Shown: positions 43,440 through 54,265 of the stretch, piece by piece | Position numbering within the stretch: the stretch's first letter is position 1 | How the letters are laid out: each line of letters begins with the position of its first letter | Virus record (IMG/VR): IMGVR_UViG_2834368228_000004 | Span: 64,001-128,000 of that record | DNA from: a virus | Taxonomy: Duplodnaviria; Caudoviricetes | Reading direction: 5' to 3' (one strand) | DNA length: 64,000 nt | The notes under the pieces: model-generated | What the model was told of the DNA's origin: nothing | The model's input: only the letters and a program-made list of their open reading frames with translations | The model's database searches: none | Position numbers and translations under genes: made by a program

Positions 43440-45359
43440 ATGGAAGATAATATCTCACTCAAACCAGTGGCAAATGAAAAGCATATTGATCGACTATACC
43501 GAACAATTTCTTTACCTGATTATCATCCAAATGATAATATCCGTATAAAAGTTTTAGATTTTGAGAGAAATACAGTTGAAACTTTAAATCAAGTAAAAGT
43601 TGATTTAGGAATGGATAGTGGTTATGGTAGTCGCTATCGTGTACGAGCAAAGCTTTCAATGGCTGTTGCTGGTGTAAGAGAATCTTATTGGCTAGAACAG
43701 AAAGAAGAGGCAATAGCAGGAATAGATAAGATTAATCACTATCGCATTCGTGGTGTGTCGGATAAAAAGCTGCGAAGTGATTGGGTTTATTCTAATGTGA
43801 AAGATGATAAAAATGACACGGTTTTATATGAATTACTTCATGATATATTAGAAGTTTTACTGACAGCAAACGATGAAGACTTAGAGTATGTTATTGATAC
43901 GATGGCAGCAGACATGATGCAAAGTATTATGTTAGAGGAGGCACCAGAAATTCAAAGTCAATTCTCTGATGATGAAGAACTCAGTACCTCCATCAAATCT
44001 GCAAGTGCTTTATTAAGTTCTGTAATGAAAAGGGATTTTAATGAAAACTTAGTAAGTTCTGTTCAATCATTTGTCGAACTTCTTCGTTCATATAATGTTA
44101 TGGATAGGTTTGAAGAAAAACAGACTGACTTTATATATCTTCTTTTAGAATCCTTCTTAGAGGAGAAATTAGATAATATTGTAAAGAATGCAACCTATGA
44201 AGCTATTTTGAGAAATGACGAGGAAATTCACTTATTATTGCAAACAGCTTATGAGTTAGACGTTAAGGGTAGCCTAATCAATGCTCTTTACCGTACGAAT
44301 ATAGATGATCACTTTGTGTCTTTAGTGAATGATACAGTACAATTAATCTCAGAACCAATTGTCTACGAGGAGATTGTATATAAGCAAAATGAAACTTATT
44401 ACAATCTATTTAAAACAATGTTGGAAGAAATTTATTTGCCATTATTAGTGTTAGATCAACAATCGGTATTATTAGAGAGTGACTTAAAGGATAAGAACTT
44501 GTCTAGAGTTACAGAAACTCCAACAGAGATTGAATATATTCATCATAATCACATTGTTAAGGAGTCAATGGTGAGAGATATTATAGAACTTTTAATACAT
44601 GATTTTGATAAACCAATTCAAGACTTAACAATCGACTTTCTTGAACATATCATAACTCCTGCAAGAGAACACAAATTATCCTTATGGATAGAATATGCTC
44701 CTGTTGAATTGATTGAGTACATTACTTCAATTAGCTCAAAGACAAGTCTAGTTGATTCTACAAGTAGATTGACAATAAGTGAAAAGAAAACACCAGACGT
44801 ATTTGAAAACCTCCACAAGGTTGACACTCAAAAGCGAAAAAGTCTTTCTTATCAGTTTCAAAGTAATCTAGGCGATTTGATACAGATAGTGTCTACATCT
44901 GAAAGTCAACCTTATCAGCAAAAAGTCATCATGAGAGTTTTAGATCAATATTTATCTCAGCAACTGATTGATAAAAACATTCAAAATGATCGGAAATCTA
45001 TTTATTATCAGGATGATGTTAAAAGTAAACAAATCAAAGAAAGTAAGATAGCTAATCTATTTGAAAGAATTTGGTTTAGTGACCACTTGAAGGTAGATAG
45101 TAGAAATGAAATCCATGGAAATAGAGATAGATTAAATGCAAGTACTCAAATGAACTATCTAAATGTTTATTTGCCTTATCTCATGGATACTCACATTAAT
45201 GTTAGAAAAGACAATAATGAAGTTGTCGTTCATTCAATGCCTTCAGATATCTACTTAATGAAAGACATAGATGAAGTGCATTACACTACTGATAGTGTCA
45301 CAGGAAATTCTCCAATTGGTGAATTTGTGTTGGGTAGAAGCACACTTCAAGGGAGATAA
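43440..45359 (+). CDS. Hypothetical structural protein
   Basis: About 640 aa ORF in late operon; C-terminal PIGEFVLGRSTL. Confidence 0.6.
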   Translation: MEDNISLKPVANEKHIDRLYRTISLPDYHPNDNIRIKVLDFERNTVETLNQVKVDLGMDSGYGSRYRVRAKLSMAVAGVRESYWLEQKEEAIAGIDKINHYRIRGVSDKKLRSDWVYSNVKDDKNDTVLYELLHDILEVLLTANDEDLEYVIDTMAADMMQSIMLEEAPEIQSQFSDDEELSTSIKSASALLSSVMKRDFNENLVSSVQSFVELLRSYNVMDRFEEKQTDFIYLLLESFLEEKLDNIVKNATYEAILRNDEEIHLLLQTAYELDVKGSLINALYRTNIDDHFVSLVNDTVQLISEPIVYEEIVYKQNETYYNLFKTMLEEIYLPLLVLDQQSVLLESDLKDKNLSRVTETPTEIEYIHHNHIVKESMVRDIIELLIHDFDKPIQDLTIDFLEHIITPAREHKLSLWIEYAPVELIEYITSISSKTSLVDSTSRLTISEKKTPDVFENLHKVDTQKRKSLSYQFQSNLGDLIQIVSTSESQPYQQKVIMRVLDQYLSQQLIDKNIQNDRKSIYYQDDVKSKQIKESKIANLFERIWFSDHLKVDSRNEIHGNRDRLNASTQMNYLNVYLPYLMDTHINVRKDNNEVVVHSMPSDIYLMKDIDEVHYTTDSVTGNSPIGEFVLGRSTLQGR

Positions 45360-45392
45360 GAATAACAATTATACTATGCGAGGTGTTTTAGC

Positions 45393-47486
45393 GTGAATTT
45401 AAAATCTTTAGAGAAACTAATTGCAGTAATGCCTGAAGGTGAAGGGAAAAAGCAATTGTATGCAAAACTTCATGCATACAAAAAGAAAGTTAATGAAAAG
45501 CCAGACGGACTGCATGATGAGTTTCATATGAAGCCAGAAGGCCACATTCAAATAGAAGCTATTAATAGTGAGGGTGAAGTGGTTGGTGTCTTAGCAGACC
45601 AGAAGAACCTAGTTGTTGATGGATCAGAAGAAATACTACTTCGAGCATTTAGTGGTGATCCAGCTCGAATTCTATATAAAAACCGAGTACCAAAAAATGG
45701 GATAAGCCACACTTATCATGCTCCATTAAATGAAATACTTTCCGTTGAAAATGAAAAGAACATTATTACGCATCATCCTAACGAGTTATGGAAAGTTGTA
45801 AATGATGATGACTTTGAAATTGAGTATGCGTATTATCCAAATACTCTTTATGTGAAAGAAGAAGTGTCAACAGAGCCTAATTTAAAAGCTTTCTCTATTC
45901 ATTCAGAGCAAAATACAAACACTGCTCCATTGACTGCTGAAATATACAGCACATTCTCTAATCTCTTTATTGGACTAGGCGATGGAGAAAATTATGCTAT
46001 AAATTTGAACGATGATCGATTGCAGTACGAAGGTTTTTCTGGAGATGGTGTTAAGCAAGCTAGTGAAGTAAACAGCCTGCTTTCATTTAAAGAAAAAATC
46101 AGCAACTTTGTTGTGGAATATAATGAACATAATAAAGGCGGTAAGCTTGGTGTTCATATCGATGGTGTCCTTGTTGATACAATTGATACTTACAATAGTG
46201 AATTGCAAGATGAAGAGGTATTGAAAAAATCTAAAAGATTTAATGTTCAGGACCATCAAACAGAAACAGAAGTCGATTTAGAGTTTACAGGTTTAAATGA
46301 TGAGCTAAGTGTAGGTAATCTCCAAATTGCTGGAATTAAATTTGATGCTTTTTCAAAAGACATGAATGGATTAATTCATGAATTTGAAAATCACACAAAT
46401 AAATTCCATACACCGACAGCTTATAACACAACTTCAGTTGCTCCATATACTATTAAGCTTGAACATGCTCCTGCTAAAAAAGAAACAATTAAAGTTACTT
46501 ATAATGAAATTGAATTGGAAGAAGTTGAGCAGCTTGACCAAGTAATAGAAGGTAAGTATTACGTTGATTATTATCATGGTTTGATTTACTTTAACCGTGC
46601 CATGACAGGATTAATGGTTTCCTTTGAGACAACTGGTCAAATTATGGAGCATAAAAAAGCAACTAACTTGGATGCAAAAGATGCATTTGTTACTATCACT
46701 GATGAAACTCCAATTGGAGATGTAGATGGTTCAAATAAAGTATTTAATTTAGTTCATGGAGATGTAACAGAGGTTTCAAAAGTTCTTCTTAACGGTGCAG
46801 AGGTTCCAGCAGGCACATCTGCAGGACAATATAGATTGAACATAAGTAATGGAACAGTTACTTTCAATACAGCACCAGATGAGGGCAGTGAGATTAAAGT
46901 TGATTACATCTTTAAAAAACAAGTTCTTGCCTTTACAGCGGAATACAAAATTGATGAAAATAAAGAAGTGATCTTGTTTGATCAGAATTTTAAGGAATTG
47001 ACAAAAGGTGGAGACACAAATGCCTTTGTTAACGATGGGGTATTTGTAATTGACACAACTGACAATACAAATAAAACAATCCTTATTGCTCAGAAAGATG
47101 ATGTTGGTGAACAAATCAGAGATTTGGAGCTATTCTACTATTCAGATGAAAAACCAGGTGTTCCAACAAATTACACCCGACAAGTTGTGTTGAAGCCAAA
47201 AGAAGTTAATCAGTATCCTTGGTACGCTTTAGATAAAGGTAGTATTCAGTTTGTTGCAGAGTTTGCAGAAGATGTTCCAAACAGCAGTATAACAGTTCGT
47301 GAAATGGGATTATTTGATGGTCCACGTATGGACGATCAAATTAAAGGATTCCCAGGGTACCCTGTAAAAGCATTTTCACTTGTTCGTGTAGGTGAAGCTA
47401 GAAAGGATACTGCAACCGGTCTTCGTGTTACTTGGACAATTACATTAACAAATGAAAATGGTGAACCGTTTAAGGGCGGCCTATAA
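45393..47486 (+). CDS. Structural protein with inserted beta-rich (Ig-like) repeats
   Basis: N-terminal GHIQIE..KNLVV and C-terminal EMGLF..K....LRVTWTI frame; ETPIGDVDGSNKVFNL and VDYYHGLIYF repeats. Confidence 0.6.
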   Translation: MNLKSLEKLIAVMPEGEGKKQLYAKLHAYKKKVNEKPDGLHDEFHMKPEGHIQIEAINSEGEVVGVLADQKNLVVDGSEEILLRAFSGDPARILYKNRVPKNGISHTYHAPLNEILSVENEKNIITHHPNELWKVVNDDDFEIEYAYYPNTLYVKEEVSTEPNLKAFSIHSEQNTNTAPLTAEIYSTFSNLFIGLGDGENYAINLNDDRLQYEGFSGDGVKQASEVNSLLSFKEKISNFVVEYNEHNKGGKLGVHIDGVLVDTIDTYNSELQDEEVLKKSKRFNVQDHQTETEVDLEFTGLNDELSVGNLQIAGIKFDAFSKDMNGLIHEFENHTNKFHTPTAYNTTSVAPYTIKLEHAPAKKETIKVTYNEIELEEVEQLDQVIEGKYYVDYYHGLIYFNRAMTGLMVSFETTGQIMEHKKATNLDAKDAFVTITDETPIGDVDGSNKVFNLVHGDVTEVSKVLLNGAEVPAGTSAGQYRLNISNGTVTFNTAPDEGSEIKVDYIFKKQVLAFTAEYKIDENKEVILFDQNFKELTKGGDTNAFVNDGVFVIDTTDNTNKTILIAQKDDVGEQIRDLELFYYSDEKPGVPTNYTRQVVLKPKEVNQYPWYALDKGSIQFVAEFAEDVPNSSITVREMGLFDGPRMDDQIKGFPGYPVKAFSLVRVGEARKDTATGLRVTWTITLTNENGEPFKGGL

Positions 47487-47505
47487 AAATTAATGAGGTG
47501 ATAAA

Positions 47506-49260
47506 ATGGATACAACTTCTATGAATCCAAAAGGACATGTAAAATTAGAGCTTTATGATGAAAGTGGCGTATTTTTCACAAAAGAGAAAAAGAATCTTGT
47601 CGTAACTAGCTCTAATGAAATTGTAGCAAATATGATGTCAAATCCAGCTAAAACTAGTCGTCTACGTCAACAAGACGTAGGTGACACACCAGTTACAGCT
47701 AATGAAAATGGAATGTTCGTACTTGAATTAAGTACCAAAGAAAATCAAAAACGAACCGTTTCTCAAGATGTATTATCTACAAACACTGAGACCCTATTTA
47801 ACATACTTGATTTGAAGAGCATTACAGAAATATTAGAAGTAAAAGTAGGAGAAGAAATTCTTACTGTTGATGAAGAAGTTTTCTTACTAGATGCACAAGA
47901 AGGTATCTTAGAGTTTAAAGAAGCTCCTAAAAGCCCTATCCAAGTTAAGTTTTATGAATATGTAGATGAACAAGTATCTATTATTCGGGGTACTGAAAAG
48001 GTTCTTGTCGATGGGCAGGAATGGAAACGGGGCCTGACTCCTAATCATGCCGATAAGGTATATGCAGTTAACTATAAGACAGGAGAAGTTTACTTCCAAG
48101 AAGTCGTATCAAAAGCGCAAGTAACTTATGATATAACGAAGCATTATGGTCTTAGCTTTATGGGACTAGGCGGAAAGCCAGAAGGTCATCCTGAAAATCA
48201 GCCAGTTTCATTTTCTCAAACAGATAAAGCTTTAACTCGTATGGATAATGAATTTGAAAATGCTCGTATGCCTATTCTTTATCCTGCAGTTGTAGAGCAA
48301 GGAAAGCCAGAATTAGAAGTTCTTCCAACAAAGCGTATTGAACAAGAGGATCTCGTATTTACCCATACAGCTGAACAAGCAGGAGCGGACGTTGAATTAG
48401 AAGTACAAACGGGAAACAAAAAAATTCTAGAAATTATCTCAGCTACAAAAACAGTAGAAGATCCTAACAATCAAGGAGAAACGATTCAAACAGATTTAAT
48501 TGTTGATGAAGATATTGTCCTTAATGGTAATCAAGTAATTGTTCTTAGAGGTGAAGTTGCAGAGGGTGACACGTTTGAAGTGCATTTCAAACTTCAATCT
48601 AATAACTTGCATCTAAATTACCAGTTAGCGATGGCACCAATTGTTGAGCTTGTAAGTGTAGTTCATGAAGATGCAGCTACAAATACAGTAACTGCATACC
48701 AAATTCAAGATAGAGGTATGCGGATTGGTTCTGGTGATGTATGGATGATGAATGCAAATGCTGGTGTCCTTCAATTTAGCTCAGATCCAAGTAATGGAGT
48801 TCCTGTTCATACTCCAGGACAATTAACCATCGAATATAAAGTGAACTCTGGTACAGTCGTTAAATTTACTGCTGACTTCCCTAAAGGGGTGCCGGGACCA
48901 GTTACTTTAGAAAAGACAGATTCATTCACATCTCTTGGAGAAACAACATTTATCTTAAGTGATGTAGTAAATAAAGATGGTGAAGGAAACTTCCTTATTG
49001 AATCTGTTACACGTAATGGTGTAGATGAGACATTTACTGTACACCCAGATGGAACTCGTATTGATGTAGATAATGTTGCAAGTGGAGATATTATCGCAGT
49101 GACTTTCAAGTACAGCAAAAAAGCACACAATATTTATCAAGTAGCCATGTTTGACGAAAAAGACAGTACAAACAGTAAGATGTTTAACATATCCGGTATT
49201 GGACCTGTAACAAAGGATGAGAATACTGGTATGCGAATTACATGGTCTGTCACATTTTAA
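47506..49260 (+). CDS. Structural protein, paralog of 45393-47486
   Basis: Same GHVKLE..KNLVV / KD..TGMRITW frame and Ig-like inserts. Confidence 0.6.
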   Translation: MDTTSMNPKGHVKLELYDESGVFFTKEKKNLVVTSSNEIVANMMSNPAKTSRLRQQDVGDTPVTANENGMFVLELSTKENQKRTVSQDVLSTNTETLFNILDLKSITEILEVKVGEEILTVDEEVFLLDAQEGILEFKEAPKSPIQVKFYEYVDEQVSIIRGTEKVLVDGQEWKRGLTPNHADKVYAVNYKTGEVYFQEVVSKAQVTYDITKHYGLSFMGLGGKPEGHPENQPVSFSQTDKALTRMDNEFENARMPILYPAVVEQGKPELEVLPTKRIEQEDLVFTHTAEQAGADVELEVQTGNKKILEIISATKTVEDPNNQGETIQTDLIVDEDIVLNGNQVIVLRGEVAEGDTFEVHFKLQSNNLHLNYQLAMAPIVELVSVVHEDAATNTVTAYQIQDRGMRIGSGDVWMMNANAGVLQFSSDPSNGVPVHTPGQLTIEYKVNSGTVVKFTADFPKGVPGPVTLEKTDSFTSLGETTFILSDVVNKDGEGNFLIESVTRNGVDETFTVHPDGTRIDVDNVASGDIIAVTFKYSKKAHNIYQVAMFDEKDSTNSKMFNISGIGPVTKDENTGMRITWSVTF

Positions 49261-49275
49261 TTAGGGGGTTATCAA

Positions 49276-49785
49276 ATGGAAGCACCCAAACACATGGAGC
49301 GAATTAGCTTTTTAGATGGACAAATTTTACATGATTTCCATTTAAATAATATGCAACGTAATATAGCAGAATCTGTAAAAGTAAATGCAACGAAGGAGAG
49401 ATACGACATTTTAATGCTCGTATCTCCCTATAACTTCTATTTTGCTGAGCCTTTTGTTAATACGAAATACAGGCATCAATCAAGTACAGCAAATTTAAAT
49501 ACATTAACATTTTCCATTAACCAAGACCAATGGATTACACCAGTTATGGAGTTGCCAGAATCTACGAATGAAATGTATTTATATGCAGAGTATGTTGACA
49601 ATCCAGAAGATAAGAGCTTTGTAGATTTTTACTACCGAACAGGTGAGGGAAATAATTGGATTAAAGTAGATGTAGATACTCCTATATATATGCCAGCAAC
49701 AAAATATATACAGCTGCGGATTGATTGTAAATATGAAGGCACAACAAGGCCTACAATTTATGACTTTGCGGCAATGTTTAAATAA
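49276..49785 (+). CDS. Structural protein
   Basis: RISFLDGQIL...LNNMQ N-terminus; beta-sandwich-like C-terminus. Confidence 0.55.
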   Translation: MEAPKHMERISFLDGQILHDFHLNNMQRNIAESVKVNATKERYDILMLVSPYNFYFAEPFVNTKYRHQSSTANLNTLTFSINQDQWITPVMELPESTNEMYLYAEYVDNPEDKSFVDFYYRTGEGNNWIKVDVDTPIYMPATKYIQLRIDCKYEGTTRPTIYDFAAMFK

Positions 49786-49796
49786 GGAGGGATCTT

Positions 49797-50102
49797 ATGG
49801 CTTTAGTTAGACCTTATCCTGGATTTCCTCAATTTAGAAGGAAAACAGGTGTAATGACAGACTTTTCTGGTTCACGGTTTTCTGACCAAGAGAAACCTTA
49901 TGGAGATCAGAATGGTATAAATCGTGTATTTGTTTTATTACATCAGCCGCTATCAGACAGCTTACAAGTCTTTAAGGATGGCATGTTGATGACTAAAAAT
50001 GTTGATTACACATTAAATATACAAGAGAAACGCATTACTTTTTCAGAAAAACAAATTCCGCAAGAAGCATCTGTAATAACTGTTTCTTACAAACACTACT
50101 AG
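49797..50102 (+). CDS. Single Ig-like repeat protein
   Basis: EKPYGDQNGINRVF.L..P...QVFKDG....VDY. Confidence 0.55.
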   Translation: MALVRPYPGFPQFRRKTGVMTDFSGSRFSDQEKPYGDQNGINRVFVLLHQPLSDSLQVFKDGMLMTKNVDYTLNIQEKRITFSEKQIPQEASVITVSYKHY

Positions 50103-50117
50103 ATTGGAGGGGATGTT

Positions 50118-51032
50118 ATGAATTTTGTAAGTAAAAGTGTACCCCATCATTTGCAAGAAAAAGTAGCTACTGACCAGCAAATAGATATTTTCTTCTTTAT
50201 AGATATTCATAAAGGTTCATTAACAGCTGATAAAGTAATCTTATTTAACCTAACTGAAGAGCGAAGCGAAGATATTGCATTTGAATATTCAAATCGAAGG
50301 TTGATTATTCGCCCACGTAAACACCTATCTCAAAACACACACTATCAGATTCAATTGATTGGTGGAAGAGAAGGGATTAAAGATATTACGGGTCGAGTGA
50401 TGGCTGAATCATATCAGAGCGAATTTTATACAAGTGTAGCTACAACCATTCAGCCGCCAACAATTACATCCCCTACTGACTTGGTTGAGATAAGTGGAGA
50501 TGTATCGTTTAAATGGACTCCTTCACCTGGCGCTGCTTACTATGAAGTTGAAGTATCACGAACCAATACATTTCAAAATTTAGTCTGGCCAGCAAGTGAA
50601 GTGAAGATATATGAAACAGAAGTAAGCCCCTATATTAATTATGAAAAAGGCTTGTATTATATGCGAGCACGTTCTGTGAATGCAGAGGGAAAAAAGAGTC
50701 ATTATACAAAAGCAATTCAATATTATTATAGCGGGCTGCCACAGACGAATAACCGAATCGTCAAAGAGATCAATCCACCTCCTCATATCTTATTAGAAAC
50801 GAGCGCAAGAGTCATAAGTAACGAGACACCTATCAATGTATTGCAGCAGCACTTTATAAATGAATTAGGGGAACAGAAGAAAGCTTCATTTCACCTGATT
50901 CGCAGCAAACCAAAACATAAAGGAACAAATCTTACATTGAACAATAATGAAATTGTGCTTACTTTTAATCAAGAAATAGATCCTGATAGCGTATCAAGTG
51001 AAGCGGTTTATGTGTTGGCTGAAAGGAATTAG
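50118..51032 (+). CDS. Big_5 Ig-like + FN3 domain protein
   Basis: LIIRP..L..NTHY....GIKDITG; FKWTP.PGA.YYEVEVS..YYMRARSVN. Confidence 0.65.
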   Translation: MNFVSKSVPHHLQEKVATDQQIDIFFFIDIHKGSLTADKVILFNLTEERSEDIAFEYSNRRLIIRPRKHLSQNTHYQIQLIGGREGIKDITGRVMAESYQSEFYTSVATTIQPPTITSPTDLVEISGDVSFKWTPSPGAAYYEVEVSRTNTFQNLVWPASEVKIYETEVSPYINYEKGLYYMRARSVNAEGKKSHYTKAIQYYYSGLPQTNNRIVKEINPPPHILLETSARVISNETPINVLQQHFINELGEQKKASFHLIRSKPKHKGTNLTLNNNEIVLTFNQEIDPDSVSSEAVYVLAERN

Positions 51033-51050
51033 AAAGCAGGTGAAATTTCG

Positions 51051-52157
51051 ATGAAGGATTTAGGAGTATTAAATAGCGATTCCACGATTTTACTTGAAAT
51101 ACTAACTAAAGATGCATCTGGTAATGCCATAGATATGGATCAACCTGTCATAGCAAGGATTGAAAGGCAAAACGGAGATGGTGTTGTAGCTGTTGATAGT
51201 GTTACACTAAATACATCAGAAGATAGGCTGATACACAGCTATTCTTATGCATTATCCTCATCTTTAGAAAAGGGAAAATACTATATTACTTATCAAGTTT
51301 CTATCAATAATCAAGTTTATCATAAAGTAGAAACATTTCAGATACAAGAAGCTGTAACTGAAGAAATAGTAGATAATTCGGATAGTGTTTCGTATGGGGA
51401 TAAATTGAAGCATGTAATGCCTTCTGATTTTCAAACTCCATCAACCTTAGAAGTAGATGGTAAGAAGTTAATAATAAGGTTAGAAGAACCTCTAAATATG
51501 AATCATACGTATCAAGTAATCATAACGGATGAGTTAGTCTCAGAACAGTCTCAAAGCCCAATTGATGGAACGTATGGTATCCATTTTACATCAGAGTATA
51601 GTCCAATTTATGCGACGCCTTTAGAAGTAAAATCTATACTAAAGAATGTGTTTTTTTACTTTGAGATCGAAGAAGTATATCAAGCTCTTCGTAATGCTGC
51701 CCAGAAAGCGCATCAGCTTCTTAGAATGGCAGCTGATCCAAATGAGACTGAATTTGAATTAATAGAAACAGATGAATCTACATATTTTCCTGCAGGAAAG
51801 TTTACCGCATATCAAGCATCTATTCAGTTGCTAAATCAATTAGTTATAAAAATGGTTTATGCGAATAGTCAGGATTATTTAGATAATGATGATGTGTCCA
51901 TTATTCAAGAAGGTGTTGACAGCTTTACACTTGGTGATTTAACCGTTAGTAAAAAATCCTCTACATCTGATAGCTCAACTTCTGTAGAAGAGGAGCCTTT
52001 AGAAGTGTCTGTGATTCAACGATTAATAAGAAGCTACCAAGAAGAATTGAAATTCTGGACAGATGCACTGATGGGCAGAAATGCAAGAGGATATGCAAAT
52101 GCAATTACAGCAACAAGTAAAGGTTCTGTCACTGTACCAGGAAGTAGGGATATTTAG
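51051..52157 (+). CDS. Ig-like domains fused to a head-tail adaptor-like domain
   Basis: L..NHTY, FTSEYSPIYAT, SFTLGDLTV. Confidence 0.55.
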   Translation: MKDLGVLNSDSTILLEILTKDASGNAIDMDQPVIARIERQNGDGVVAVDSVTLNTSEDRLIHSYSYALSSSLEKGKYYITYQVSINNQVYHKVETFQIQEAVTEEIVDNSDSVSYGDKLKHVMPSDFQTPSTLEVDGKKLIIRLEEPLNMNHTYQVIITDELVSEQSQSPIDGTYGIHFTSEYSPIYATPLEVKSILKNVFFYFEIEEVYQALRNAAQKAHQLLRMAADPNETEFELIETDESTYFPAGKFTAYQASIQLLNQLVIKMVYANSQDYLDNDDVSIIQEGVDSFTLGDLTVSKKSSTSDSSTSVEEEPLEVSVIQRLIRSYQEELKFWTDALMGRNARGYANAITATSKGSVTVPGSRDI

Positions 52158-52639
52158 TGGATATAAGGAGAGACATATCTGAAATTCTTAAGAAGTATGG
52201 ACACGAAGCTATTTATATCAGGCGAAATAAAAAGTTTCGATGTGACTGCTATTCAGAAAGAAGTGGAGGGCAATCTTATGATAATTGTCCAAAATGCTTT
52301 GGAACTGGTTATACAGTTACAATTGAAAAGATACGTACAAGAAGACAGATATCATCAGTCCCTGAATCTCTAGTGAGAGCTCGAAAGCAATATGAGCATG
52401 GTTATGTTGCTGCAAATGCATATGTTTATTATTTGGAACAACAAGCAAATCCGAAAGATGGAGATTTGATATTAGAAGTCGATTGGAGAAATGGAGTTCC
52501 AGTTAGTGTTAATGAAAAAAATATAATTAGTGTTGGTGATCCATTGCGTGGCAGTGGCGGGCGTATAGAGTTTTATAAAGTGTACTCTCGCTTCGAGCCA
52601 ACAAGGAAGAGTGATAATAATGCCATCACCTACCATTGA
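52157..52639 (+). CDS. Head completion/neck protein
   Basis: LKKYGH, RCDC, CPKCFGTG, PKDGDLI, GRIEF. Confidence 0.6.
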   Translation: MDIRRDISEILKKYGHEAIYIRRNKKFRCDCYSERSGGQSYDNCPKCFGTGYTVTIEKIRTRRQISSVPESLVRARKQYEHGYVAANAYVYYLEQQANPKDGDLILEVDWRNGVPVSVNEKNIISVGDPLRGSGGRIEFYKVYSRFEPTRKSDNNAITYH

Positions 52640-53651
52640 ATATACACCTTATGAATTTATTGAAAATCTCCCTTCATTATCTATCGGGAAACGAATAGTC
52701 ATTGTAGGGGAATCTCATGATGGACCATATTATGAACCAATAATAGTTCATAACATGAAGGTTGCAGAAGGTATTTATCAATATGGCCCTTTACTTGAAC
52801 GATATAGAGATGCATTGCAAGTAGATGATTCAATTGAAGTGATATTTCTACGCATTGAAGAAAATCGTTTTGATAAAGCTTATCAAGTCCTTCTGTCTTA
52901 TACCTTTGATCTAATCTACTTTGATAATTTCAATTTTGGGAAATCAGAAGAAGATATTCAAAAATATCTGGACTTTGCAGGTGAGAAGGAATATCAAGGT
53001 GAGTTGGTGCATGGTTTCTTCTCTATAGAGCCACATGATGACTTAGACAAGATCAATTCTATTATCAGCTCATTTACATTTGATAACTCCATTGATATTC
53101 AAGAAATGGGAAAATATATTAGCTTAGTTTTGAATCAGACATCTGGATATGTTGGTGCAATGATTTATGCAGCACTTGTGACTTCCCTTAATCCTGAAGT
53201 GTCTCCTGTTAACAAACAGCTTGATATTTACTTGCACACAGAATATACAAAGAATGAATTATTGCAATTCCAGAAACAAGGGATAGTAGCGTTTCGTAGC
53301 AGTATCTTAAATGGCAATGTGATTTCAAATGCTACATGTGCAGTACAAACACCAGGTAGTGTTCATAAAAGTATTTCAAACTTTAGAATTAGCCAACATC
53401 TTATAAATGAATTAAGTAATGTATTTCATAACGAAATTGGCGAAGTTCAAAACGAGATACAAATAAATAGGATACAAGCATTGATTGAAGAAAAACTACA
53501 AGATTTTATTGATTTAAATCGTATACGACAAGGTGATTACACTATTATTGCTAACAACATTCAAGGTGAGATCAATATCGAATTAGAATTTGTTCCTATT
53601 TTTACAACATCTACAATGACAGGACATACAAAGCTAAATATTTACCGCTAA
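52620..53651 (+). CDS. Short tail-sheath-like protein
   Basis: IVGESHDGP.YEP and SPVNK..ISNFRI..IELEFVP mirror the N- and C-termini of the 948-aa sheath. Confidence 0.6.
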   Translation: MPSPTIEYTPYEFIENLPSLSIGKRIVIVGESHDGPYYEPIIVHNMKVAEGIYQYGPLLERYRDALQVDDSIEVIFLRIEENRFDKAYQVLLSYTFDLIYFDNFNFGKSEEDIQKYLDFAGEKEYQGELVHGFFSIEPHDDLDKINSIISSFTFDNSIDIQEMGKYISLVLNQTSGYVGAMIYAALVTSLNPEVSPVNKQLDIYLHTEYTKNELLQFQKQGIVAFRSSILNGNVISNATCAVQTPGSVHKSISNFRISQHLINELSNVFHNEIGEVQNEIQINRIQALIEEKLQDFIDLNRIRQGDYTIIANNIQGEINIELEFVPIFTTSTMTGHTKLNIYR

Positions 53652-54265
53652 TGGAGGTGATGAATTTGAGTAATGATGCTTATCAAGATGACAGGATGAG
53701 ATCCGATAGAGGAGCTAATTTTCTTGATTTTATAGATGTTATAAAGAAGCTTTGGGAAGCTGCTGGAAGGAAAGGAAAAATCACTCGCAACTATACAAAA
53801 GAAGATGTAAGTGATTATCCAATTATAACGTATCACGTTGTAAATCGTGCTCCTCATCCTGCTTTTAAAGAAGTGAAACCAAGGCCTCGTCAAACATTAT
53901 ATCATCCAACTGACCCAAATAAATATGAAGAAATTCTTGGTCAGAAACAGCTTGTATGTATTTGTTTCACACTTATAGCTCAAAGCGATGATGTAGCAGA
54001 TGAGTTGATGTTTGACTTTGAAGATTTCTTATTTATGTATCGTTCACACTTTATGGGAAATGGTGTAAGTGAAATGCTTTTCAATGCGCAGGGAGAAGAT
54101 ACGACTGATAGTAGTCATGGCGTATCTCTTTCAAAAAGAAAAGTCTATTATGATGTAACATTTGATGTTAACCGAGTTAATTATCTAAATCAAATTGATC
54201 AACTGGCAGTAAAAGCCGGTATTCAAGATAAATTGAAAAAGAATAAGGAGGGCTACACATGGTAA
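53651..54265 (+). CDS. Tail completion/terminator-like protein
   Basis: PIITY, KPRPR, ADELMFDFEDFL; position before sheath. Confidence 0.55.
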   Translation: MEVMNLSNDAYQDDRMRSDRGANFLDFIDVIKKLWEAAGRKGKITRNYTKEDVSDYPIITYHVVNRAPHPAFKEVKPRPRQTLYHPTDPNKYEEILGQKQLVCICFTLIAQSDDVADELMFDFEDFLFMYRSHFMGNGVSEMLFNAQGEDTTDSSHGVSLSKRKVYYDVTFDVNRVNYLNQIDQLAVKAGIQDKLKKNKEGYTW